A DNA stretch of 64,000 nt from the human T2T-CHM13v2.0 reference genome, Homo sapiens. The position numbers and the translations under genes are program-made. Under the pieces are notes generated by a model that was not told the DNA's origin, ran no database searches, and worked only from the letters and a program-made list of their open reading frames with translations. This document shows, piece after piece, positions 37,059-54,679 of the stretch. Numbering within the stretch: position 1 is the first letter of the stretch; every line of letters begins with the position of its first letter. The stretch lies in assembly GCF_009914755.1 (NCBI RefSeq), contig NC_060927.1, one strand, 5' to 3'.

Positions 37059-37101
37059 GATAGATAGAGATAGAGATAGAGACAGAGATAGAGATAGAGA
37101 T
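36966..37101. repeat. Compound (GATA)n / (GAGATA)n STR
   Basis: GATA blocks broken by GAT, then hexamer units, adjoining an Alu tail. Confidence 0.95.
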
Positions 37102-37107
37102 ATATAG

Positions 37108-37393
37108 ATTTTTTTTTGAGACAGGATCCCACTCTGTGCCCCAAGCTGGGGTGCAATGTCACAATCATAGTTCACTGTAACCTTAAACTGCTAGGCTCAG
37201 TGGTCCTCCTGCCTCAACCTCCCAAGTAGCTAGGACTACAGACATGAGCCACCATGCCCAGCTAACTTTTTGAATTTTATATAGAGATAGGGTCTCACTG
37301 TGTTGCCCAGGCTAGTTTCAAACTCCTGGTGTCAAGCAATCCTTCTGCCTCCCAAAGCAGTGGAATTATAGGTTCATGTGACCATGCCCGGCT
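37108..37393 (-). mobile_element. Alu (J-like)
   Basis: Diverged antisense Alu. Confidence 0.9.
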
Positions 37394-37982
37394 AAGCCAT
37401 AATATTCTTTGAGGAATGTCTTTCTTCTTACTATAGCTGGAGGACTGTTAGCTTCAACTTACAATCCAGATTGATATGATTAAAGGAACCCTTAAAGGAA
37501 CTATATGGTTCTAAAAAAACCCTAAATGTATATTGCAACAGGATGCCTCCTACCACACACAGCAATGGCCGTGAGAGAAAGACGCAGAAAACCCTACCGT
37601 TAATATCTGCATTACCTTTTGCCTAGTGAACCAAGAGAGATCTGGGGAAATGACCGCCATACTAACGCTCTCTTTGTTTCAAAATAGCCCACACAGCTGC
37701 ATTTTGCAGGTGGTGAACAGCTTTTACTACTTTTAGTTGAGACAGCTCTAAGCTGAGGAAACGGGCATGAACTGCAGTTCCCCATAGAGCCCACTTCACT
37801 TCCTCAGAAACAGCCCTCCATCCTGGGCCAAAGATGCCTGCACTGGCATCCATACAGATTTGCACAGTCACCATCTCCTCACCCTCAGAAAGTCTGTTCT
37901 CACTCAGAGAGGACATAACTTTGAATGCTAGGACCCTAGCTTGCTAAATAACAGCCGTGGCCAGTGGAGGAGTCATTTATTA

Positions 37983-38250
37983 CTTTTTTTTTCTTTTTTT
38001 TATTATTATACTTTAAGTTCTGGGATACACGTGCAGAACATGCAGGTTTGTTACATAGGTATACACATACCATGGTGGTTTGCTGCACCCATCAACCCAT
38101 CATCTACATTAGGTATTTGCCCTAATGCTCTCCCTCCCTTTGCCCCCGACCCCCTGACAGGCCCCAGTGTGTGATGTTCCCCTCCCTGTGTCCATGTGTT
38201 CTCACTGTTCAACTCCCACTTATGAGTGAGAACATGCGATGTTTGGTTTA
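37983..38250 (-). mobile_element. L1PA 3'-end fragment
   Basis: ttattatactttaagttctgggatacacgtgcag...tatgagtgagaacatgcg. Confidence 0.92.
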
Positions 38251-38589
38251 TTAATCTTAAAAATGCGAATACTATATCTTGGCTATAATTATGTACGAAA
38301 ACAATGAAATATGGGTCAGAAGATGCAGATCAAATTCATAAATGCTAACTGAAGTGATGGCACAGAGAAGGGGAGAGGAATGGGATTGAGGTGATGATTC
38401 AAGGGGACATTAGCTTTATCTATAATGTTTTATATTCATCAAAGAAAAGACTAGGAGCAAATAAGACAAATGTTAACAATTAATAATTCTTGATGTTGGA
38501 AATAAGTGTTTGCTAAACTTTTCCAATTATTTTTCAGTAAGTTTAACTCAAAATCATTTTTAATTAATCAATAAAATTGAATGTGTTCA

Positions 38590-38753
38590 GATTTTATTTT
38601 TATTTTTTATTTTAACAGACAGGGTCTCACTATGTTGCCAGGCTATTTATGGCTATGAATAGCCACTACAGACTCAAATTCCTGGGCTCAAGTGATTCCC
38701 TTGCCCAAGTCCCCAGAGTAACTGGGACTACAGGTGCACATCACTGTGCCCAG
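38590..38753 (-). mobile_element. Alu monomer (FAM-like)
   Basis: gagacagggtctcactatgttgcc...ctgggactacaggtgca. Confidence 0.75.
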
Positions 38754-39888
38754 GTTTGCATGTGTTAGGGGCAGGGGTGTTCAGACTTTAAGCAAGAAAT
38801 GGAGGTCACCCTTCAGACTCCACAATTTAGCTTTTCTCAAAGCAAGAGAAGACCTTGAGCTTCTTCCTTCTTGATCTTTCCTGATAGAGGAATGGAGAGA
38901 CTGGAACAACTGTCTCCAATACATTCACTGCCTTGGTCTTTTCAAAATAACTAGCCATTGGGTTCTGGAAGTGAGTGCCACCTGGAAATGAGGAAAACAT
39001 TGAGAACTTCTTTCTTGTTCATGATGGCCCTAACACTTCATTGAGTCCTCTCTTAAGATGGCATCTTTCAACCCCCATCTCAGGCCAGAGCTCTTGTTGC
39101 TCCTGCTAAAGGAGGAGGACATACACATGTGCATACTCGTAGATATAAATGTATGTGTTACAGACATAAATGTGTGCCTGTCAACTTGGTCTTCATGTCA
39201 AATGTACTGAGGATCAGTCAAAATGTCTGAGAACCACTATACTAAGGAACTCAAACATAAAAGGCCAAATCAGAAATCATTATTTCATTCACTTTCTTCT
39301 CTCTAAACTTTCAAAACATTTCCTCTTGCATTTTCTCTATCTCAGTAAACAGTACTACCACCCAACCCAATTGCTTAAACCAAAGACCAGAAGTCATCTT
39401 GGCTCTTTACTTCAACCTTTAAATCCCAGCCATCAATCACAGAATAGATAATAGTATGCATCACAAGTATTGATTTGTAAAATCTGTGTTTTGGATACAT
39501 ACATACACATATACACACACAATATACACATCAAATTGCAATATGAAACTGATTTCTCCTCTTTTCTTAAATAGGAAGAAATGTTACAAAGAGGTGGGTT
39601 TTACATTTTATGCTCTTTAAGGAGTTTGGAAACTTCTGGTATCCATAGACTCTCTTGCTCTCCTGTTTTATATTTTAACTTGTTTGGTATCCTCTTCATT
39701 TTTGTCATCTTTCCTTTTCTATGGCTAAGAAATCTGCCCCTTTTGTGAGAAATAATTGATGGAAGGTAGAAGAAAAGAGAGAACATGGAAGGTTTGAATA
39801 TTTGTCCCCTCCAAAACTCATGACTCTAATCTCTAAGATTATTTCAAACATCTACTTACAGATATTGTTACAGTAGGTAGCTAGTCAG

Positions 39889-39890
<2 letters not shown>

Positions 39891-39950
<60 letters not shown>
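39891..39950. repeat. (CA)30 perfect microsatellite
   Basis: Read directly. Confidence 0.97.
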
Positions 39951-39952
<2 letters not shown>

Positions 39953-40270
39953 AGGAATGTTGGGTGGCCATCAGGTGATGGTCAGGCTGTTGTTAACTGC
40001 CCTGCTACGGTAATAATTGGTCACAGCCGGCACCAGTGAAAGGCAGCCTCATAATAGGTAACACCTGAAACTGGTGATCAGCAGTTTCCTGATAAGCTCT
40101 CAGGAGTTAGGTAAGTGGGATGAAAGAAGAAATTCAAGACCCCAGAAGTATGCCAACATATAAAACCCCAGGTCAAAAGGTCAAACCACACACTTGCCTT
40201 TCAGGTTGCCTGCCAGGCCCTCTTCCAAGTGTACTTTCCTTCCTTTCATTCCTGTTCTAAGGCTTTTTAA

Positions 40271-40359
40271 TTTTATTTTATTATTATTATACTCTAAGTT
40301 TTAGGGTACATGTGCACAACGTGCAGGTTTGTTACATATGTATACATGTGCCATGTTGG
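40271..40359 (-). mobile_element. 89-bp 5'-truncated L1PA insertion
   Basis: L1 3' terminus; 18-bp TSD tgttctaaggctttttaa at 40253-70 and 40360-77. Confidence 0.92.
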
Positions 40360-41113
40360 TGTTCTAAGGCTTTTTAATAAACTTTCACTCCTGCTCAGAA
40401 ACTTGCCCCAGTCTCTCCTTCTGCATTATCCCCCTCAGTGAAATCCTTTCTTCTGAGGAGGCAAGAATTGAGGTTGCTGCAGACCTGTACAGATACGGAT
40501 ATGTTCTGCCGGTAACAATATGAGCAAGGCAAACCCTAATGCAAGTCTCGCAATCATGAATCAACATCATGTTCTTATAAAGGCCATTGATATACTTCAC
40601 TGACCTAGTGTTTCCTCTTAGGGAGTTCAGCTTGACTACCAAGGAATCTAATACTCATGAAAAGAGAGCCAATAAAAATAAGATGAAAATGCATCATCTC
40701 ACTGTAACCAATGTCCATTCCCTAGAGGGGAAAATATCTCAGGTAGAGCCAGAGAAACCACGTAAAGACACATAGTTTTTATTTGCCACATAATGGGGCA
40801 CAGGACAGTGATTGCAGCTTCTTTATGTCTCTCATAGCTCCAAGCACAACCACCAGCAACCAACAAATAATTTTTAATAATAATTTTATATCTGAAAGCA
40901 ATAAACACTCTAACAGTACCCATTAAAAGTAGCTTGTAAACCATTTCCTGAAATTGCTTTCCACCCAGTTTCAAACATGACTCTATTAAGCCATTAAATA
41001 AAACAGAAGAGACTGAGTCATAAAATGAGAATAGAGAATATGTCAAAGAAGGTTAGAGGCTAAATTTATGATATCTAAATTTTCTTAAGAAAGCAAGTGA
41101 TAAAAATTTTACT

Positions 41114-41698
<585 letters not shown>

Positions 41699-41796
41699 AT
41701 TACTAAGCAAAACCCTTAAGTTACATAAAATATTCTCTGTTTGGAAACACATTTTCTCCAACAGCAATTCCTTATCTCAAGGGAATGATAAGATTA

Positions 41797-42158
<362 letters not shown>

Positions 42159-42424
42159 CAATTGAGGAGAACTTAAGTGACAAACAAGAATGAAAAAGAC
42201 TTCACTATTTTACAATTTCAGGGAGAGTAACTGTGTTTATCATATTTGAATCTAAAATGTATCTTAAGCCCATAGATGAAATCAAGGTCATTGGTATTTA
42301 AAACTTTTTTATTTTCATATGTTGGATTTTTTTTTAAAGATGTGATTTGAATCAGCAGCCTACTTCTTGCAACAATATTTTTAGATTCTCTTCAGTTATT
42401 TAACCTGAAAGGCTTCTTAAATAA

Positions 42425-42725
<301 letters not shown>

Positions 42726-42962
42726 TAATATACTAAAAGAATCCATAAAATTCTGATGTTAGTAACTTTTTTCAACAAATATTCAGAAATAGACTCAAGG
42801 ATAAAGCTAACATAGGAAATGCATTTCCTCTTAAAAGCAATGAGAAATAGGAAATATAAATGCAATAGAAAAATGAGTTTGAAATCTTAGAATATTTCGG
42901 AATTAAACCCAGATATTTAGGAAAGATGAGTCATTTTAAGAATTGCTCCTTTGAAATCTTAA

Positions 42963-43400
<438 letters not shown>

Positions 43401-44743
43401 AATTAAATAAGTAAAAAGAAAAATGACAAAAAACAATAAAATGAAATAAAATCTATGGCAATCTATATATTTTGTTTTTAGGACTAAGTTCCTTCTTGCA
43501 TGACCCCTCCTCCACCAAAAGAAAGCAAAGCAGGAAAAGAAGAAGAATTAAGTTTTAGCTTAAGTTGAAATGCCACTTAAATAGGACACTGGATATTTTT
43601 TTGTGAATATGAAAAGAAACAAGAATATGAGAATTACTACATCTCCAATTTTTAATTCTATTGAAGAGTTGACTTAAATTGAGGTGATAACACTGTTAAT
43701 CTCCAGCTCTTTAATGTTTCTAGGATAACGAATTGTGTTAGACTTCAATTCAATGGATGTATGTTTTGGATTCTTGTTTGAAAACCTTAGGAAAAATTAC
43801 AGTTGGCTTACTCTCAAATGAACTCTCCATTAATATGGAATTTTATAAAATAAGATTTGTTGTTGTTGGAGGACCATTGAAAGAAAATTCACATCTTTAC
43901 TCAAGACCCATTCGCTATCAGCAATAAAATGTAAAACAGTCATTCCAGTTATTAATGCCTGTTTTCAGTAGTCATATTTAGGGGCTTGTCAAATTATAAT
44001 GTGATGAATTTCCTTTAAAATGTTTTTAGATTTTACAAGTTGTGTGTTACTGAACAGTTCTCCTATTATTTCTGATATCATAAAACAATTTGAAATGTAT
44101 ATTAAAGCTCAGTGGTTTTTTGCTGTTGTTGAATCATTTTGGTTCAACTTGTCAAAATTTGAAGGTCTTAAGAGCTGTTTCAATTCCAAGAAGCCTTTCA
44201 AATATCTATATTAATCTTGTAAAATTAATTGTTGTCTTAACAGGAAGTCTTATTTTTTAGTACCTAGAATTAATTAACTTGAACTTACATGATCCTGTGG
44301 AATTTAAAATCTGACAAACCACGGATGCCAGTCCTAAGATTAGGAATTTAATTATAAAGTAGCTGGCACCTAGAAGGCACTCAAAAAATACTTGTTGAAG
44401 GAGTACATGGAATGCAGAGAAATATCTCCTTTCTAGTAAAAGGGTGATATAACTCTGTATTGCAGCCAATAAATGCTGTATTAGAAAATTTATAAGAATA
44501 TCCAGATACAAATTTATTGTCAGCCACAAGTGATATCAACTTCCCTAGACTGTGTAAAAAAGAGACAGAGTTTCATTAACGGTATTCATACACTCTATGA
44601 TAGGTTTTATGAGACATTTGGCCCCAAAGTGAGAAGACTTATCTGCCTTTAAGACAGTAAGCCAATAGCAGCCATTGTTATTGGCTTTTCTTATTCTTTA
44701 GTGTAAAGAAAGAGGAAAGGTGAGAAATTAAGAATTTCTATCA

Positions 44744-45429
<686 letters not shown>

Positions 45430-46111
45430 CTACCAAATGTAAATACTCTCCCCTCTAAAAGCTCTGAGACTTCCTAGAAAAGTTGTCAATAATTAGAGTC
45501 CAATCAATCACAGGCTCCAGAACAGAAGAAGAATCAACACTAAGATTTCCAGCTGAAGAAAGTGATGCTCATCACAGTGCTTTCCAAGAAAATAAATAAT
45601 TTTACTGCCCTGTACCTGCAAGGGAGATACTAATTTGTCTCCAATTCATCACCTAATATGCTATAATCAGTGAGTCAATGTCAGTCAAGATATTGTATCA
45701 GCCAATATGTAACAATTTCATGGTCACTTTGCAAAGTCAGTATTGCTGAATTTAGACTTATCCACACTATATCAGACAGTGTCTATGAAAATCAGGCTTA
45801 ATCAATACATGGTAAATCAATTTACAACTACATAAATGTGCAAAATATATCAAAATAAATATCAAGTATACAGCTATTATTCCAGAGCTGAGAAAAAGAA
45901 GTTATCATGTATATAAATTCACAGAGTGATAATTCTAGTAACAGGACTTTAATACATGAACATGGGGTTTTCCCATAACTGTTAACTGAAGTTGTTTCAT
46001 GGAAGCAGCAGTGTCTACACTCAGACATTCACATCACACATACAGCTAGCCACACCAGAGAGAATGAGGAGATAGGAGAGTGGGGCCGTAGGATATACCA
46101 TAAATGTACTT

Positions 46112-46187
46112 CAAAGAGGAGTCTGAGCCTACTCTGGTTTGGGAGCCTGCCTGAAGAAAATTATTTTAAAAAGAAAAGAAAGAAAGA
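46112..46187 (+). mobile_element. Micro-retroinsertion (~42-nt body plus A-rich tail)
   Basis: 10-bp TSD AAATGTACTT at 46102-11 and 46188-97; homologous to 21050-21110. Confidence 0.75.
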
Positions 46188-46244
46188 AAATGTACTTTAT
46201 AGAAAAAATATAATAAAACAAAAACTTACAACTCTGAAGAATCA

Positions 46245-46550
46245 GGCTGGGCACAGTGGCTCATGCCTGTAATCCCAGCACTTTTGGAGGCAAAGGCAGG
46301 CAGATCACTGGAGCTCAAGAGTTCGAGACCAGCTTGGCCAACATGACAAAATCATGTCTCTACTAAAAATACAAAAATTAGCTGGACATGGTGGTGCACG
46401 CCTGTAATCCTAGCTACTCAGGAAGCTGAGGCAGGAGAATGGCTTGAACTTGGGAGGCAGAGGATGCAGGGAGCTGATACCATGCCACTGCACTCCAGCC
46501 TGGTCAACAAGAGTGAAACTCTGTCTCAAAAAAAAAAAAAAAAAAAAAAA
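46245..46550 (+). mobile_element. Alu
   Basis: Dimeric Alu with a long A tail. Confidence 0.95.
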
Positions 46551-47025
46551 TCAGACATGTTAATTCATAAAATAGGATCAGACACTAATTCTTTAAATAA
46601 AAATAGAGAAAAATAATAGGTTTGGAAGAGATCTTAAAGGAATATCTCTTCCCTCTATCCTCCAACTTTCTGGTAGGAAAAGAACCTATGCTATCTTCAC
46701 AGATTTAAAAAGCAAAAAATTAGACGCAAATTTATAGAGACAGATAATAGAAGTTAAAATATTATGATATAAAATGTATCATTGTAACCATTTTTAAGTG
46801 TACAATTGGGTGGCATTAAGTCACATTCACATGGTGCAACCATCACTACCATCTATCTCCAGAACTGTTTTCATCTTCCCAAATTGAAACTCTGTATCCA
46901 TCAAACAGTAACTCCCCATTCCACCCTCCCCCCAGTCTTTGGTGACCACTGTCATACTTTCTGTCTTCATGAATCCAACTACTCTGCATACTTCATTATG
47001 TATATTTTATCACAATTAAAAAAAA

Positions 47026-47313
47026 TTTTTTTAGACAGGTTCTTGCTTTGTCACCTAGGCTGGGGTGCAGTGGCACATTCCTAGATCGCTGCAGCCTCCA
47101 TCTCCTGGGCTCAAGCAATCCTCTTGCCTTCGCCTCCTGAGTAGCTGGGATGGCAGGCATGTGACACCACGCCCGGCTAATCTTTTTAATTTTTAGTAGA
47201 GATGGATCTCGCTATGTTGCCTGGGCTGGTCTCAAACCTCTGGCCTTAAGCCATCCTCCTGCGTTGGTTTCCAAAAGTGCTGGGATTACAGACATGAGCC
47301 ATTGCACCCAGCC
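47026..47313 (-). mobile_element. Alu (J-like)
   Basis: Antisense Alu. Confidence 0.92.
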
Positions 47314-47601
47314 AAAAAAAATTTAAGAGAAAAAACAAGGAACTATTGATTCCTCTGCATTCCAATTGCCACTGCCCAGGTGGCACAATTCTGACCTATA
47401 ATCCACCTAACTCACCACTTCTGCCTGGAAAGCTCACAGGTTTTCCAATTCCTCCAGAACCAAATAAAAAATCCTTAGATTGCCTCAAGGTTACCATGGG
47501 GTAAACCACCAGTGCCTTCCCAACTTAGTAAGATGCTGGTCCCTGAAAGGAGTGATAGATAAGGAAGACCACTTGCCAAAATCTGAGAGACGTTTCCACT
47601 A

Positions 47602-47816
<215 letters not shown>

Positions 47817-48276
47817 CCCACATTCCTGATGATACTCACTCGGCTCTTGAACCATGGACAGCCACAAGGAGCTTACTTATCCTCATTCTAACCAAGCAAC
47901 TAGGCAGAAGTCCTACTAGTATAGACAGGCTGGCTTGATCTAAACTGATCTAAACCAAAGTTTTACCTTACTACCCCCAACCCCCACCTGCCTCTTTCTG
48001 TAACCATTCAGTGACAATTACTAGGACTTGATGTATCCACTGCCTAGCCCAGGGGCATCTTGGGAGATGAGTATCCTGTCAGGCAGTACCCCTAGAACAG
48101 TACATGCTGGAAGAAAAGCTCCCCTACGTACCCCGTGTGACAGAGAGAACAGGAACTGCGGGCTCACTGGGAGAGCTGGTTACACAAGCAGGAGGCAGTC
48201 AGCCTTCTGTGACTGCACTGCCCTCTGCAGAAGCTTTCATTTGTTTAGGCATGTTCTTGAACTGGTATTGCAGTCA

Positions 48277-48458
<182 letters not shown>

Positions 48459-48492
48459 ATTTTTTTTTTCAATTTTTTTAACGAGAAAAGAT

Positions 48493-48618
48493 AGGTCATT
48501 TCAAAGAGGTCTTGTGAGGCTGTGAAACCAAGAGCTCTTAACACTGCGACCAAAGATGGAAGTTCTCTATAGGATGCCATGGCATTTGATGGTGCTATGT
48601 TTTCTTGAGGAGATATAA
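48493..48618 (+). ncRNA. H/ACA snoRNA SNORA25 (ACA25) retrocopy
   Basis: ggtcatttcaaagagg...gaggctgtgaaacc..gagctcttaac...gttctctataggatgcc...ggtgctatgttttc...ggagatataa matches recalled SNORA25. Two hairpins, ATA box 3 nt from the end, A-rich tail 48619-48640, decayed TSD. Confidence 0.8.
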
Positions 48619-49129
48619 GAAAAAAGAAAAAGAAAAAAAATGATAAAAGAGAATCCACTAGGCACCAGAAATTGCTCTGGGGAGAGTGCAGATCAACCTC
48701 CACCCAGTTGTCTCTCAGCCTGAGGGGGGAAATCTGACACTTCCTCTGCAGCGGAGGGAGAGAAGAACAGCCCACATATCTGCCCAGTGACAATCCCAGG
48801 CCTTGAAAGAGCTCACTGCTTCATGGAGGAGTGAAAACAGACTTCATATATCCTAGGAAAGACTCTGCAACTTAAGGGAAAGGGAGCATTGTCCTGAGAT
48901 CTTAGAGAGAAAACACTGCTGTGAAATGTTTTTATATCAGAACAGAGAAAGATTTTAGAAAATATCCACAATTTATGGAGCAATGTACCAGAGATAAGGA
49001 AGTTGTACCAAGAGAGAGTTCCAGAGATCTGCAGTGTTCCCTCGAGCCTTTGCAAAGTATGGCTTTCCACAGTCTTAGGAGGAAGCTACATGAGTCCAGG
49101 GAAAGAGCCCTTAGAAAGATGTGGATAAG

Positions 49130-49830
49130 CACAATCTAAAAAGTCAGAATGTATTACCTGCTGCATACAATACATGCTACAACACAGGCGAGCCCCAAAA
49201 ACATTACGGCCAGGAGAAAAAGCCAGATGCAAAAGACCACATGATATAACAGGATTCCATTTATAATGAAATATCCAGAAAAACCAAGTATTTTTCCTTT
49301 TTTTTCTTTTGAGCCAGCGTCTCACTCTGTCAGCCAGGCTGCAATGGTGCAATATTGGCTCAGCACAATCTCCGGCTCCCGGGTTCAAGTGATTCTTGTT
49401 GCTTCAGCCTCCGGAGTAGCTGGGATTACAGGCGTGTGCCACCACACCCAACTAATTTTTGTATTTTTTATAGAAACAGGGTTTCACCTTGTTGGTCAGG
49501 CTGGTCTCAAACTCCTGGCCTCAAGTGATCCATCCACCTCGGTCTCCCAAAGTGCTGGGATTACAGGCGTCAGTCATCACACCCAGCCAGAAAAAGCAAA
49601 TTTATAGATACCGAAATCAAACCAGTGCTTGTCTGAGGCTGAAGATAGGAATGAAGATCAACTGTACATGGGCATAAGGGATCTTTCAGAGTGCCAGAAA
49701 TGTGCTAAAACTGGATTGTGGTGATGTTTGCACAACTCAGTATGTTTACTAAAAATCATTTAATTGTACACTCAGCATGGATGAATTTTAAGTAGGAAAA
49801 TTATAACCTAATAAAGCAGTTCCGAAAAGC
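49130..49830 (+). mobile_element. Old L1M 3' end interrupted by an antisense Alu (49291-49587)
   Basis: gattccatttataatgaaatatccagaaaa|Alu|gcaaatttatag...ctggattgtggtgatg. Confidence 0.8.
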
Positions 49831-50009
49831 AAATCCTAGGCAAGAAAAGTAAAATAAACGGACAAAATACCTTATCTAGAAGTTAAGGTGGACTAAAAGA
49901 CTGTTACAAGTCAAGTACAGAGACAAAATAAAAAAAATTAATTGAAAAACTAGACAACAATAAAAGGAATAATAAAAACTTAGGAGCTATTAAAAAGTTT
50001 ATAAAGAGG

Positions 50010-50644
<635 letters not shown>

Positions 50645-51074
50645 CTACTTAGATTATTTTAAGGAGAAGCAAACAAAATCATTAAAAGTGATATTGAAAG
50701 TTTATAATTCAAAATACTCATGTTTGTGTTATGTATTCTATAACTGGAGAAATAGATCATTTCCATAATCTATAATATTATAATATACAATATATGTAGA
50801 AGATGGAAACTTATGAAGCTGACTAATCATAATCCTTTTACCAAAGCCTGACAAAGACAGTCTCACTCACGGATAGGTGTGAAAATCCTAAATAAAACCC
50901 TGGCAGATCAAATTCAACAGTACGGTAAAAGAACAATGAATCTTGACCAAGGAAGGACATGGGCCAGCTTTGTGTTTTAAGGGCCTGAGACAAAGTTTGG
51001 CAGTTCGTCAATAAGTAAAACCAAATTATAATATGACTCAACAACTCCACTCCTAGTTTAAGGCAGTATACTCA

Positions 51075-51810
<736 letters not shown>

Positions 51811-52479
51811 GTTAAAAATTGTTTTTAAGTGCAGTAGGGAACAGAGAAGAACTGAGATGACCTTACATTGTTCCTTGCAGCTCCAGAGAGGTACAGGAGA
51901 TTATCTCTGTGTCCCTATGAAGGGGACAGTTTTAGCTAAAATAGAACTAGACCTCAAGAAGCTCTGCAGTCAGGAATAACACAGATGCAACTTGCTTGAA
52001 TCAATGGCCTAGAACCAAACAGGTTCAGGTATATCTGGGCAGGTGCCCGCTTGGACAGAAATTAGCCCGGAGCCAGCTTCCTCCGTGCCACATACACCCC
52101 ATGCCACTCTAGAGACAGTGTCAAGAGAAAAAATGAGGGAGGACTGAACTCAGGCAACCCAGGGTGGCAGAGATTACCCAGAACTGAGTGAGATTAAGTT
52201 CCCACGCCCTGATGGAATGTCTCAAAAGGAAAAGTAGATTAACTCATAGAAAAACAAAGTGTTATTTCTTCTGTGATTTGTGGCTTCAGATATGGTACTT
52301 GCCGCAAAGCAGTAAAGACTTTTTCACATGGTGGTTCCAGTCTACATTTCCAACCCCACTTTTGCCACTCTACTTCACACCTACAATGCCAGCAGCATCA
52401 GACTACAGGCCAGCTGGAAACACCCCGTGAGGTCTCTGCTTTCCTTCTGCTGCAGCACACTTAGGACAGGCTTTAAAAT

Positions 52480-53350
<871 letters not shown>

Positions 53351-53501
53351 AATGCCCTTCTCTATTTCGCTAGGTCAAAGTCTATTCATCCTTAAAGGCT
53401 CAGCAAAAGCATCATCCCCTTTTTGAAACCCACCTTCAGTTCCATGGTCAGAATGGATCCCTTAGTCTGACTTGTGTAAGATTTAGTTGTATGCTCTATC
53501 A

Positions 53502-54595
53502 TATTGGGGGAACCTGCCCCCAATATTTCAATGTAGGTTCTTTCTATTTTCCATAAGTGTTGGCCGGCCGAGAAATAAAGAGAAAGTGTACAAAGAGAGG
53601 AATTTTACAGCTGGGTCACCGGGGGTGACATCACATATCGGTAGGACCGTGATGCCCACCTGAGCCTTAAAGCCAGCAAATTTTATTAAGGATTTCAAAA
53701 GGGGAGGGGGTGCAAGAACAGGGAGTAGGTCACAAGATCACATGCTTCAAAGGGCAAAAAGGAGAACAAAGATCACATGCTTCTGAGGAAACAGGACAAG
53801 GACAAAATCAGAAACTCCTGATAAGGGTCCAAAGATCACAAGGCAAAGGGCAAAAGCAAAGATCACAAGGCAAAGGGCAAAAGCAGAATTACTGATAAGG
53901 GTCTATGTTCAGCAGTGCAAGTATTGTCTTGATAAACATCTTAAACAACAGAAAACAGGGTTCGAGAGCAGAGAACTGGTCTGACCTCAAATTTACTGGG
54001 GCGGGTTTTTTCCCCACCGTAGTAAGTCTGAGGGTACTGCAGGAGACCAGGGCACATTTCAGCCCTTATCTCAACTGCATAAGACAGACACTCCCAGAGC
54101 AGCTGTTTATAGACCTCCCCCAAGGAATGCATTCCTTCCCCAGGGTATTAATTATTAATATTCCTTGCTAGGAAAAGAATTTAGTGATATCTTCCCTACT
54201 TGCACGTCCGTTTATAGGCTCTCTGCAAGAAGAAAAATATGGCTGTATTTTGCCCGACCCTGCAGGCAGTCAGACCTTATGGTTGTCTTCCCTTGTTCCC
54301 TGAAAATCGCTGATTTTCTGTTCTTTTTCAAGGTGCACTGATTTCGTATTGTTCAAACACACATGTTTTATAATCAATTTGTACAGTTAACACAATTATC
54401 ACAGTGGTCCTGAGATGACGTACATCCTCAGCTTATGAAGATAACAGGATTAAGAGATTAAAGTAAGACAGGCGTAAGAAATTATGAAAGTATTATTTGG
54501 GAACTGGTAAATGTCCATGAAATCTTCATAATTTATGTTCCTCTGCCATGGCTCCAGCCGGTCCCTCCGTTTGGGATCCCTGACTTCTCACAACA
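53502..54595 (-). mobile_element. MER11 solo LTR (HERV-K11/HML-8)
   Basis: Collinear with 5764-6763; 6-bp TSD CTATCA at 53496-501 and 54596-601. Confidence 0.92.
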
Positions 54596-54679
54596 CTATC
54601 ACTCCTTTCTCCTAAGGCCAGCACTATGTGTAGCAGGGAGCCCTACACATAGTAGGAACTCAAAAATAATTTGCTAAAA

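Larger units (their letters stand above)
39866..40517 (+). mobile_element. ERV1 (MER4-group, MER50/MER83-like) solo LTR
   Basis: tgttacagtaggtagctag...ggtaaca; TSD ATAT; TATAAAA near 40159; AATAAA at 40376. Confidence 0.8.

Noticed and set aside
48500-48509. TCAAAGAGG shared between the SNORA25 copy and the two micro-elements
   Set aside because: Only 9-10 nt with no further similarity; likely coincidence.
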